In this document: positions 29,126-42,240 of the stretch, piece by piece | Layout of the letters: every line of letters begins with the position of its first letter | How positions within the stretch are numbered: position 1 is the first letter of the stretch | Assembly (NCBI RefSeq): GCF_006345805.1 | Contig: NC_043005.1 | Coordinates: forward strand, 43,400,001 to 43,464,000 | Source of the DNA: Octopus sinensis | Taxonomy: Eukaryota | Direction of reading: 5' to 3' | DNA: 64,000 nt | Notes under the pieces: model-generated | Told to the model about the DNA's origin: nothing | The model's database searches: none | Seen by the model: the letters and a program-made list of their open reading frames with translations, nothing else | Made by a program: the position numbers and the translations under genes

Positions 29126-32100
29126 TCTACTAAACTAGTTACTGTCATGGACTCTAATGCTCTAATATAATGAATGCTGTGTAGTATACTGTAGTCAGGA
29201 ATGCAGTATGTGTAACACAAATATTGCTGAGTAACATTCTGTACTTAGGAGTACAATATATGTGACACACAATGGTGTAGTGACAACTGGCTGTGCAACA
29301 GACTGTATTATTTGATAACTAATGTGTTGTGAAAGCTGAGAAATATAGAAATATTGTTTTAACTAAAATGTTTCAAGTTTCTGTGACATCTGAATTACTT
29401 TTTGTTTTAAAAGTTTTTCTATATTTGATTTGTTTTATTGAAAACTCACAATAAACCAAAAATATAGTTTATTGAAAAATGACAACGATGTGTATTGACT
29501 TTTGGAAGCCATTGCTATAGTGTTCCAAAATAGCAGTTCTATAATAATTTTTCATTTGTTTTTATTACCAGTTGGTCTTTCTGTATTTTAGGCAAACGAA
29601 GCCTGAAGAATTCAAGGTGTAAAATGACTTCTCTCTTTACTCTCATGAAACATGCTGATCTTGTTTAGAAGCTTAACATTTATCATCATTACTATTTTGT
29701 TTTAAATTCTATTTCTGTAGAGTTTTGTAAATGGTTTACAATTGTGATATGAATCAAATTGTTACATGGCTTTATTCCTGATTCCTCTTTACAAATGAGG
29801 GGTATTAAGTTTCATACGAGTCTTGTATAATTAGTGTCACTCATTTGACTGTTCTTTAATGTTCAGAGATATTTATGGTTATTTAGTGTATCGTTGAATT
29901 AGTCTCAGTAAACTATAAAATCAACTTTCCTTTGAAACTTTGTCCTTTGCCACCCAAACATACATCTTACTTGCAAAAATAAAACAATCAAGATGTCAAA
30001 TATCAAATGAAAAAATTTCTTTACCATGTGCACTAAGAGCAAGGCAGCTCTGTAGTACCAGAATCTGTCTTTCTCTTATTGTCTGTAGCCAAAAATCACA
30101 GAAGCAAGTGAATTGAAAATGTAAATTAGGCCAAGGTTTTAATTTAACAAGATATTACTATCACTTCACAGTGTCCAAAACTTAATATGCTTCCATTTCT
30201 CAAACAAATGAAAGCATTTGTCTTAGTCTTAAGGTTAACAAAATATTGGTTAATGTCATATCAGAAGAATGGATAATTAGATATGAAGTATATTTTAGAA
30301 ATGTTAGTATTGAGTTGGGAAGCTAAAACAAGCATTCTATTCATCTCTGTTTGAAAATACTTGTGTATTATGATGGTCAGATACTAATAAAATGCACTTC
30401 ACCAAAGTGAACACAGAGAAATCATGCTTTACAGTTATAATTATATTGGTCAATTGTGAAAATTAATAAGAAATATATATTGCATAGAGACATTGGAACT
30501 GTGACCAGCTTAACTGATCATCTACATCTGCAAAAATATTTTGAAGAAGCTACACACTTATATAGATGCATTTACAGTTTTGATCAAACTGAGTTCAGTC
30601 AATGATCTCAATAACTATAGATGTTCAATATTCTCATTCAAAACATTTTAAGTGAATTCTTTTCAAAATATCCCTTGTATTATATATTGCTATGTAAATA
30701 TTGCTGTATACTGATTGTATATCACTTCATAACATAGTGTTAAATCAGTAATATTTGATAACCTAATATATCAATAAAATAGTATTTTATCATATACATT
30801 CTAAGATTTGAAAAGTACTTGCCACGTTCTGTTAGATTGCTGTGAAAATAGCTGGTATTCTAACTAAATAATGCTCAAATATTAAACACATTTACTAACA
30901 CAGTAATTGGCATAGATAATAAAAATCTAGACCAGACGCTTGATTCAGTGATTCATCTTCCTATATTCTGCTCCCCATTGGACTTCATGTTAGATGTTCT
31001 TAGTATCGATCTATGGAAATTTCAATGAATTATATCTTAGAAGAATTGGTTTTATGCTGAAGGAAGAAGAAAATACATAAATACTTTATTTAGTTTGAAA
31101 TGTCTTGTGGTTAATTCATTAAATGCCTTAAATGTTATAAAAGACTTAAATATTTGGAAGAAAGCAGATATTCTGGGCAAGAACATTATACCATAATATA
31201 GACATAAATTATGCTTAATTAAAATATATATTTTGCAGAAGAGATAAAAATGAAGTCTTCTCTGTTTGTATGAACTGTTCTTTGTTATAAGTGTGCTCGT
31301 GTGTTAATTGTGCATAAATGTGTCTTTCTTTATAAGTAGAGCAGTGTGTATATATCATTTCACTTGATTTTTTTTTTTTAGAATAATACCAGTAAAAGGG
31401 GAAAAAACAACAATTTAGACTTCATAGAAATAAAGTAGCCTTTAGCTGGTCAAAATATTCTTTTCTTTTTCTTGTTATTCCATACAGAAAATAACTTTTT
31501 GTGACATTGATTATTTTGGTTACTTGTCTTTTACTTCTAATTTCTCTATGCAATTCATCTCTAACCATCCAAACTATTCACTCATTTTTAAGCCTCTTTT
31601 GCTTGGGTTTCTTCTTTTTTCTATTTTTTTGGGGGGGTTTTTCTCTCTCTACCTTGATTTATGATAGCCTTGTTGATATCATTTTAGAAGTTTGATTTTT
31701 GTTTTATCAATGTTCTAAGCCTGCAATGGTTTAGTGTTGTAAATCTGACAATCTTGCTGCATCTCTAAGCACTGTCTATAAGCACCCAGACTGCTGCAGC
31801 ATCATAGTTATAAAACATTGATTCAACGATGTATTGTTAATATATATTCCCTTATAGATATTCAATATATAATGAACATGCCTGTACTTACTAAAATTAT
31901 GACATGGCTAAGACACAAACCTAAATATTTAACACTTGCAACCAGAAGAACTCAGCAGTTACATATATAATTGTTATAAACCTATGAACAAATGTGAGCT
32001 CTGTTATTATTTAAATATTATAACATTTGTGAAGCTTCTACCATGGAAATACATGCAAATGAATTTAGCAATGCTCTCTGAAATTAAACAAAAATTCTGG

Positions 32101-32909
32101 CATTCAAATATAAATTAATTATACAGAAACTTTTGATGCAAAACTTAACTTATTTGCTTTATGTTATAACAATCTCATAAAAAAACCGTTTATTTTCAAA
32201 TAATTATGTATCTTTAAAGTATTATTATTCTTTTCTTTTTCTATCTTAAAGTTATAAGAATGTAAGATTATCTATTATTCATTCCATTATAATTTTCCTC
32301 CAAAATCCATTTTAAATCATATCAAATTAAAACAATTTTAAATTGATGTTTAATTTTACAGTTTATTATTTCCTTGACTGCTACAATAAGACTATTTAAG
32401 TAGATGTCAAAGTTTCAAGTTATTTACTGAAGTTCCGTGTTTGCTTTTGGTACCTCATTTTTGGAAAAATAGTAGTATATGGTCAAAGTTTGGTACTCTT
32501 ATATATTTGTCAAGTAAACTATGTTTTAAAACCTATTGTTTTTTGGGGTTTTTTTTAGTTCTTTCATATGCTGAAAAAAAAAAACGAAACAAGAAATATA
32601 TATGGAAGAAAAATTGATATTTTAAATTGTAATATAAAAATACAGTTTGCATCCCCCCCCGTCTCTTTCTCTCTCTTAATCTCTTCTCTATGTCTCTCTC
32701 TAAATATTTTGTCTTATATGAAATAAAAAACAAACAAAAAGCGATAATTTATATGAAAGGAAAAATTCCTTACTTTTGTAAAATGAATAAAATAAAAAGC
32801 ATTGACATGAAATTTTTTTTTTCTCTGGAACAATGCTGTACAACTGTTTATTTAGTGAAAAATGTTAACAGAGAGGAAACTAATCTATTTTCCATTGTGT
32901 TCCACCACC

Positions 32910-33060
32910 TGAGTAAGTGCCACTGCATAAGTGAGCCTTGGTGAGTGATATTTCTGCATGAGGGAACTTTGTTGAGTGATACTTCTGTTGGAGAAAAACC
33001 ACTATGAGTGATGCCATGGCATGGAACAAGGCTTAGTGAGGGCATTTCACCATGTATGTG
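32910..33060 (+). repeat. Degenerate ~32-bp tandem array with conserved TGAG(TGAT) anchor
   Basis: TGAG at 32910, 32942, 32973, 33005 and 33037 (spacing 32, 31, 32, 32). Confidence 0.6.
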
Positions 33061-33391
33061 AACACTAAAACATTCGGCATCATTATGGGAGGCGTTTTCA
33101 ATAGGCGGTATTACCATGTGAGAGAAATTCCTTGAATGGTGGCATTATATATCAGAGCCCGATGAATGGTGTTGCCAAGAGAGTGAAAAACTTCACCTTA
33201 ATTAACTTCTCGTTAAGTTGATAAAACCCTAATTACTGTTTCTTTTCTAATTCTAACTGCAATTCTGATGCAAAATTTTTTTAAAAAATGGTATGTTCTA
33301 TTTCAACAGATACATCAAATCTCATTTGCATATGTACACATACACATGCACAGTATACATATAGATATGTGTGTGTATATATGTATGTATG

Positions 33392-33455
<64 letters not shown>

Positions 33456-33878
33456 CACACACATGCACACACTGATTTTTTTATTATTTAAAATCCCACT
33501 CCCCAGTTAAAGACAAAGAATCTAAAGAAGAAAATAAGTATCCGAAAATCATTCACAATCAGGAAATGAAAAACTGAAGATTGTGTAATCTGCTATTATT
33601 AATGTGTTGGTGGTGTTACACATGATGTACACACACACACACATACATATGCACACATACAAACACATAATGTTGTCATTATACTCATTAAATCCAGAAA
33701 TTAAAATCACTGTTGAAGCAGGGAATTTTATTTTTGTTTCAATTACTAAACAGGAATTTTTGGTAACAACTTTAAACTTAGTATAAAACTATTCATTCAT
33801 GCCATACATACTATCATGATTACTATCATTTTATAACAATAACTACTAATGCTGTTCTCATTACTATTACTACTATTA

Positions 33879-34030
33879 TGGCGGTACAGATAATGCTGGT
33901 TGTAAGAAGCCGGATCACATCTGTTAAAGAATTTAGTTTGGTACCTTTCTGTTTCTGAATTCAGAATCCGCCTGGTCTGCTTTGCCTTTCATTCCTTTGG
34001 GATTGATAAAATAAGTAGCATTAAGTTACT
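33879..34030 (+). mobile_element. Decayed SINE family B
   Basis: tctgaattcagaatccgcc...ctttgcctttcattcctttggg...gataaaataagta. Confidence 0.6.
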
Positions 34031-34859
34031 GAGGGCTATTTTATTGAATATATCTCTTCCTTTTACAATACAGGCCTCATGCATAGTAAAAAAGAAATTA
34101 TTATTATTATTATTATCATTATTATTATTATTATTCCTAAGAATACAAAATGCAGGGAAATCCTTTTGTGGAATAATACCAAGAATTGTCTTCAAATTAT
34201 TTTAAAAGCAGGGAAACAATTTACTACTCATTATATTTTTCCTTCTCGTTAATTTAATGAAAAAGGAAAGAAAAAATAATCAACATCACCAGCACCAATT
34301 ACCATATTAAAACAGGGTTTTCTATTTTTTTTTTCTTCAAAACCAATTTTTTTTTTATCTGTGCTTACATTCAACAAACATTTCTCTCCAAAGCAGGGAC
34401 AGTCTTCTTTGTTCTCATGAGAAAATCATTTAAAAAATGTTTTCTTTTTATATCTGACAACAACACTTCGAACAGTTATCATTTGATATCCATCAAGTAT
34501 CTGTAACTGAAAGTATACATAAAATATGATTTTTATCTTATTTCCTTTGTGTTAATAAATAAAAAGGAAAAAAAAAACTAATAATAATAATAATAAAGGT
34601 TACTTTGGCAGACTGAAAAACAATTTTTTGCAAATTTCTGAATTCTCTCTCTCTTTTTCTTCTTTTTTTTTGAGAAATGGTAACAATTTTAAGTTTAATA
34701 TATTATAGTATGAATATTGTTCCAGGAGGTAACTAAAAGATGAGTTGCTACTGATGTTACACTGGAAGCAAGTTGATGTATGTTTTATTTAACTGTACAT
34801 GTTTTGTTCTTTAACTTGTGTGTTCTACCAGTTTTTGAAGTTTTTATGTACAAAGCTAT

Positions 34860-34948
34860 ATAAATAATGTATATATATATATATATTATATAATGTTCAA
34901 TATTTATATATATATATATTCATATATACATATTATATATATATAATT

Positions 34949-35027
<79 letters not shown>

Positions 35028-35179
35028 GGATACACAATAATTAGAAATGAACCTTATACATGCTAACCTCACACAAAAATATCTATCTTCAGGGTATCAC
35101 CACCATCACCACCTTCATTGGATGTATAATTAAGAAATCCACCCTATTCAAGAATATAGGTAGATAAATATATATATGA

Positions 35180-35226
<47 letters not shown>

Positions 35227-35310
35227 AGTGTGTATGTATATATATAAATATATATATATGAATTTATATATGTGTGTGTCTGTGTGCATATATGTATATG
35301 CATATATATG
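34860..35310. repeat. (AT)n-rich microsatellite cluster
   Basis: Direct reading of the repeat. Confidence 0.9.
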
Positions 35311-36398
35311 ATAATATATTATTAAATCAACATTAAATAGATTGATGTATTATCTATGACTGACAGTAGAATATATAATTTTATTTTTGAATTATGTGAA
35401 GATCACAAACTGGGGTGATTTAAAACATATGTAACAAAAATATATAGATATATAAATAAAGAGCAGGGAAAAAAGTACCCTAATACACACATTTTTCTTG
35501 AGGTACATTGTATTTCTTTTGGATCTGTATGCATTTGATATGAAAATATAAATAAATATATTAATAAACATACACACAAACATTTTTGTAGATATATATA
35601 TATCTAAAGTGTAATGGCTATATGAAATCAAATGTATATATATATATGTGTGTGTGTGTATCTGAATGGATATGTGTATATTTATATTGATATACATACA
35701 TACATATATATATGCATACACACACACATATACATACATATATATATATATACATACATGTGTATGTGCATGCATATATGTATATGCGTTACCCACATTA
35801 TTCCATGACTAATAAAGTTCTTTTTTAAAAAAAACTCTTTAAAATAAGCTTGAAATGGGGGTTGAAGTATCATCCCAGTTTGCTACAGGTATTCCTGTTT
35901 CGTCTTTCTTTGAATCAATAGGAAACCTTCGTAGACATTGATCAATAATTGTTCTACATTCAAAAACTTTCACCAGATATAATAAGTTAATGAAGAAAAA
36001 AAAAAAGCTATTCTCAAAACAACTTTAGTCTTTAAGCATATGTGCAATTATGTCAGCGTTTGTCTTGCTATACATACATGAACATATATAATTATATCTC
36101 TGTATGAGTGTGTGTTTAATGTGTGTAATAGCATATATGCATTTCTAATCATGACAACATCTCTATCGTGTGATGAACTTGGAATAATTTTGTTCATAAT
36201 CTCGCTTTTACATCATTTATTTTCATAATGAAATCCTAATAGCATTGATTTGGTATTTCTAACAAAAAAAAAGACAAAACAAAAATATGGGTTGGTGGGA
36301 AAGAATATTGATGTATTTTATCAAGAAATTTAACTATTGGATGACACTATAAATGCTACTTAACTGTAATCTTCTCAATAAGGAGGGGGTGGGTGCAA

Positions 36399-36399
<1 letters not shown>

Positions 36400-36451
<52 letters not shown>

Positions 36452-36747
36452 TATGTATGTGTGTATGCACAAATATATACATGTATATGTATATCTGTGT
36501 CTATGTATGTATCTATGTGTGTATGTGTATGTCTATATATACATATATATACACACACATATTTACACATGCATACATATATATATATATATATAAGTTC
36601 TTCAAGTGAATACATACAACTGTATCCTTTTATGAGTTTCACCATCTCTGCTATGGCCAGGCTTTACCAGGCCACCGCCTTGACTTTACAGAGCATAGTG
36701 CAGGGAACTGCTTTGAGTAGGCATATAAATTCAATGCTTAGATATCC

Positions 36748-36778
<31 letters not shown>

Positions 36779-36930
36779 TATATACATATATGTGTATATG
36801 TATATATATACACATACACACACATATATATTCATACATATATGTGTGTGTGTTTATATATATATATATATATATGCCTGAATATCTGTCTGTTTGCATA
36901 TATGCATGTGTATTTACACATACATATGTG
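36400..36930. repeat. (AT)n/(GT)n microsatellite clusters
   Basis: Direct reading; generates the 201-aa IY-rich pseudo-ORF. Confidence 0.9.
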
Positions 36931-38024
36931 TGTAGGGGGGGAATTCTCTCCATTGTAATTGCGTTTTATTTATACTGTTTTGTTGTATATACATATATCT
37001 TGAAATGAGTTGATTCCTTCAGCAAGTTTTATACATACCTTTTAAAGAAGTTTTGTGCATACAATTAAGAAGAAATAGAAAAAAAAAAGCAACAAAAGTG
37101 AGAAAGCTGTCTATTTGATATTCTTTTATCACATGTGCATTTATGTTTAGTGAAACCAATCTTTTGTAGGATGTATATATATTCATACCTGTCAAGCAAA
37201 TAAATACAGTGTTATTTGGTTGTAATAATTTATTGTTATGTGACAAATTAATCAATGGAATTAGAATGTTTTTGTTCTTTTTACATACATACCAAAAAAA
37301 TCAGACAAACATATATACACACATACATATATATATATACAATATATATATATATTTATATATATATATGTTATACATACGTATACATACATATATATGT
37401 GTGCATGTGTGTGAGTGAACGAAAAATTATAAAATGTTCTTGTCTCTTTTTCCATTAGTGTTTTAATCAAAGTAAACACAATTGTACACTCACACACATG
37501 CGTGCGCATGTACACACACTCACACACACACACATACACATACACAAAAAAACACAAATCTTTACACACCTAAATACATATGTATGTGTATTTGAAAAAA
37601 GATATTAAAAAAAGTGGAAATATATATCAGAATATAAAAAAAAATTCTCTAAAAAAAAGAAAAGAAAATTAAATCAAATTAAAAATCCAAAGCAAAGATA
37701 AGAAAATGGAAGTGTGAATATAAAAAAAAAAGCATGTGAATAAAGAGATATGTGCAGGGTTAATTGTTCAATGTATCCAAATTGGTTCTTCTCAGTAAAC
37801 TGTTTTTTATTTGTTAAGGTCTCATCAACTGCACTCCAACGTTGTACATAAAATCATTAAAAAAAATCGAAGAAAAACAAATAAAACTGGCTCACCTTCC
37901 TTTTATTTCAAGTGTAACTTATTGAGTGCAGACTCAGTGACTGTTGGGTTAGATGTATGATTACTATGTATCCTGCCTTGCTTCATACAGTGTTATTTCC
38001 CAGTTCATATTCCATTGACCTGCA

Positions 38025-39400
38025 AGAAATGCAGTTCATTTCAGAACCATACATGTTATTACTACACAATTTAAGGTGGCAAGGTGGCAGAAATGTTAAG
38101 ATGCCAGCAACATGCAGTTCACTTCAGAATCAAACATCGTTATTACTACACAATTTAAGGTAGCAAACTGGTAGAAACATTAAAATGCCAGGTAAAATGT
38201 AGTTCATTTCAGAAGCAAACATGTCACTATTACCACACAATTTAAAGCGGCAAGCTAGGAGAAACATTAAATTGCCAGGTAAAATGCAGTTCACCTCAGA
38301 ATCAAACATGTCGTTATTACTACACAATTTAAGGTAGCAAGCTGGCAGAACGTTAACATGCCAGGTAAAATGCAGTTCATCTCAGAATCAAACATGTCGT
38401 TATTATGTGATTTAAGGTGGTAAGCTGGCAGAAACATTAAATCGCCAGGTAAAATGCAGTTCACCTCAGAATCAAACATGTCATTATTACTACACAATTT
38501 AAGGTAGCAAACTGGTAGAAACATTAAAACGCCAGGTAAAATGTAGTTCATTTCAGAAGCAAACATGTCATTATTACTACACAATTTAAGGTGGCAAGCT
38601 GGCAGAACGTTAACATGCCAGGTAAAATGCAGTTCATCTCAGAATCAAACATGTCGTTATTATGTGATTTAAGGTGGTAAGCTGGCAGAAACATTAAATC
38701 GCCAGGTAAAATGCAGTTCACCTCAGAATCAAACATGTCGTTATTACTACACAATTAAGGTAGCAAACTGGTAGAAACATTAAAATGCCAGGTAAAATGT
38801 AGTTCATTTCAGAAGCAAACATGTCACTATTACCACACAATTTAAAGCGGCAAGCTAGGAGAAACATTAAATTGCCAGGTAAAATGCAGTTCACCTCAGA
38901 ATCAAACATGTCGTTATTACTACACAATTTAAGGTAGCAAGCTGGCAGAACGTTAACATGCCAGGTAAAATGCAGTTCATCTCAGAATCAAACATGTCGT
39001 TATTATGTGATTTAAGGTGGTAATCTGGCAGAAACATTAAATCGCCAGGTAAAATGCAGTTCACCTCAGAATCAAACATGTCATTATTACTACACAATTT
39101 AAGGTAGCAAACTGGTAGAAACATTAAAACGCCAGGTAAAATGTAGTTCATTTCAGAAGCAAACATGTCATTATTACTACACAATTTAAGGTGGCAAGCT
39201 GGCAGAACGTTAACATGCCAGGTAAAATGCAGTTCATCTCAGAATCAAACATGTCGTTATTATGTGATTTAAGGTGGTAAGCTGGCAGAAACATTAAATC
39301 GCCAGGTAAAATGCAGTTCACCTCAGAATCAAACATGTCGTTATTACTACACAATTTAAGGTAGTAAGCTGGCAGAAATGTTAAAATGCCAGGTAAAATG
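38025..39400 (+). repeat. ~86-bp satellite (~16 units) with a 600-bp 7-mer higher-order repeat, SINE-B derived
   Basis: 38161-38760 and 38761-39361 are almost identical; the monomer contains the SINE-B head aaggtggcaagctggcagaa...gccaggtaaaatgc. Confidence 0.95.
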
Positions 39401-39820
39401 CTTAGTGGCATTGTGTCTGTCTTTACATTCTACATTTAAATTTTACGAAGGTCAACTTTGCCTTTTGTCCTTTCAGGGTTTATAAAATCAGTACCTGTTG
39501 AGCACTGGGGTTGAAGTAATTGACTTACACCTCCCCCAAATTTGTTGGCCTGGTGCTGAAATTCAAAGTCATTATTACTACACAATTCAAGGCTGTGAGC
39601 TGGCAGAACCATTGACACACCAGGCAAAATGCTTAGTGATATATCGTCCTCCTTTATGTTCTGAATTGAAATTCCGCGATGGTCAACTTTGCCTTTCATC
39701 CATTTTGATAAAATAAGTACCAGTTGAGCACAGGGGTCAATGTAATAGATTTACCCCTTATTCCAAAATTGTTAGCCTCGTACCAACATTCAAAACCATT
39801 GTTACTACACAACTAGGGTG
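39357..39820 (+). mobile_element. Two head-to-tail SINE family B copies
   Basis: gagctggcagaa...ggtcaactttgcctttcatcc...aagtaccagttgagcac twice; joined by cattattactacacaa, the same junction as the satellite. Confidence 0.85.
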
Positions 39821-39855
39821 TTTTATGAATAGATTACTTTTATATTTGTGGTTAA

Positions 39856-40050
39856 CCTTTTTAGCATTTAGATAGCTTTGTCAAATGTATTGCTTCTTTA
39901 TTCATATTGTTATGAATTAAGCATGCATTATCTTGTAGCTCCAAGATTTCAATGGTTTGTTTGTACATTTTTAGAATGGCATTGTATGGTAGGTGTGAGA
40001 GGTCGCATCTGGCCAGCTTTAACATAAAACAGGTAGAATATATAACACTG
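39856..40050. mobile_element. piggyBac-like MITE, 3'-truncated
   Basis: TTAA-CCTTTTTAGCATT start; internal similarity to 46689-46907. Confidence 0.65.
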
Positions 40051-40214
40051 GTTGCTTGGAGAGCGGAGGCTGGGATGCATGGGCGACTGCTGGTCTTCCA
40101 TAAACATCATTGCCCAGACTTATGCCTGAGAGGGTACCTTTCTAGGTGCAATCCCATAGTCAGTCATGACTGAAAGTGGTCTCAGCATATATATATATAC
40201 AGTATATATATAGA

Positions 40215-42176
40215 GGGTCATAGCCCAACTAATTAGAGAGAGAGTTAGTTTAGATGAGATGCAGTTTGGGTTTGTGCCAGGGAAAAGTACTACTGATGCT
40301 ATATTCCTGGTAAGGCAGCTGCAGGAGAAATACCTAGCCAAAGATAAGCCCCTGTACCTGGCTTTTGTTGACATGGAGAAAGCCTTCGACAGGGTCCCCC
40401 GATCCCTTATCTGGTGGGCAATGAGAAAACTAGGGATAGATGAATGGTTAGTGAGAGCTGTGCGGGCCATGTATAGGGACGCCGCTAGTAGGGTGAGGGT
40501 TGGAAATGAGTACAGTGAAGAATTCCGGGTAGAGGTAGGGGTCCACCAAGGCTCAGTACTCAGCCCCCTCCTATTTATCATAGTCCTCCAGGCAATAACG
40601 GAGGAATTCAAGACAGGATGCCCTTGGGAGCTCCTCTATGCTGATGACCTTGCTCTAATTGCTGAGTCGCTATCAGAACTGGAGGAGAAGTTTCAGGTGT
40701 GGAAACAAGGATTAGAATCGAAGGGCCTCAGAGTCAATCTAGCTAAAACCAAAGTCGTAATCAGTAGGAAGGTAGACAAATCACAAACACCTTCAGGTAG
40801 ATGGCCCTGCTCGATCTGTAGAAAAGGTGTAGGTAGAAACTCTATAAGATGCACCAAGTGTAAGCTATGGACACATAAGAGATGCAGCAATGTCAAAGGA
40901 AGGCTAACTAGGAAGATGGTTTTTGTATGTGGCAGATGCTCAGGAACAATAAACACTGAAAATGCTCTGAGACCAACTTCCGTCACTTTCCAGGGAGAAA
41001 AACTAGAAATAGTTGATAGTTTCCGTTACCTAGGTGACCAAGTCAGCAGCGGGGGTGGGTGTGCTGAAAGTGTAACTGCTAGAGTAAGAATAGCTTGGGC
41101 AAAGTTCAGAGAGCTCTTACCTCTGCTGGTGACAAAAGGCCTCTCGCACAGAGTGAAAGGCAGACTGTATGATGCGTGTGTACGAACAGCCATGCTACAT
41201 GGCAGTGAAACATGGGCCGTGACTGCTGAGGATATGCGTAAGCTCGCTAGAAATGAAGCCAGTATGCTCCGATGGATGTGTAATGCCGGTACTCACACTC
41301 GGCAGAGTGTAAGTACCTTGAGAGAAAAGCTGGACCTAAGAAGCATCAGTTGTGGTGTGCAAGAGAGACGTTTGCGCTGGTATGGTCATGTGGCGAGAAT
41401 GGATGAAGATAGTTGTGTGAAAAAGTGCCACACCCTAGCGGTTGAGGGAACCTGTGGAAGAGGCAGACCCAGGAAAACCTGGACGAGGTGGTGAAGCACG
41501 ACCTTCGAACTTTAGGTCTCACTGAGGAAATGACTAGAGACCGAGACCTCTGGAAGTGTGCTGTGCGCGAGAAGACCCGGCAGGACAAGTGAGTCCACAA
41601 CCCGTGGCCTTCTACATGGGATGGAGCCAGCCTACGTATGCATACCTTCCCTTCTTGGGACACAAAACTCTACTTGTGAAGACGTGTTGAGGCAAGTGAG
41701 GATCAGAATCGAAATCGATCAATGGAAATTGCGGATATGCTACCAGTGCCGGTGGCATGTCGAAACTCTGCTTGTGAAGACCCATTGAGGCAAGTGAGGA
41801 TCAGAATCGAAATCGATCAATGGAAATTGCAGATGTGTTACCAGTGCCGGTGGCATGTAAGAGAACTTTCCGTTTTGCGACCGTTGCCAGCACCGCCCCG
41901 TTTCGTGTCCGTTGCCAGCCTCGCCTGGCACATAAAAAGCACCATCCGTTCGTGGCCGTTTGCCAGCTCTGTCTGGCACCAGTGCGGGTGGCACGTAAAA
42001 AGCACCCACTACACTCACGGAGTGGTTGGCGTTAGGAAGGGCATCCAGCCGTAGAAACACTGCCAGATTTGACTGGGCCTGATGAAGCCTTCTGGCTTCA
42101 CAGACCCCAGTAGAACCGTCCAACCCATGCTAGCATGGAAAACGGACGCTAAATGATGATGATGATGATGATGATT
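40215..42176 (+). mobile_element. RTE-clade LINE, 5'-truncated, with (TGA)n tail
   Basis: RT ORF, RTE-type C-terminus, ~580-nt 3' UTR, ends aaatgatgatgatgatgatga. Confidence 0.95.
40259..41592 (+). pseudogene. RTE reverse transcriptase ORF fragment with inserted PHD finger and a late frameshift
   Basis: Motifs QFGFVPGKSTTDAIF, FVDMEKAFDRV, GVHQGSVLSPLLF, LYADD, FRYLGD; open 40259-41494; a 1-nt deletion near 41480 shifts KTW/DEVVKHDL...QDK* (natural stop at 41590-41592). Confidence 0.92.
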
Positions 42177-42240
42177 AACTTAATGTTCCATAAAGGTAAG
42201 ATCAACAAAAAAACATATTCTATCCAGTGAGAGATAAATA

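Noticed and set aside
29146-29166. TGTCATGGA resembling the start of miR-281
   Set aside because: Only 9 nt match and no supporting hairpin
37889-37933. Minus-strand exon with strong GAAG|GTGAGC donor
   Set aside because: Stops in all three frames; a non-coding exon is possible but unsupported
38025-39400. CRISPR-like array or repetitive protein (CSNNDMFDSE ORFs)
   Set aside because: No unique spacers, eukaryotic context, monomers are SINE-derived, frames break between units
40120-42123. Several antisense and 3' UTR ORFs around the RTE
   Set aside because: Shadows of the RT coding strand or chance ORFs in GC-richer LINE sequence
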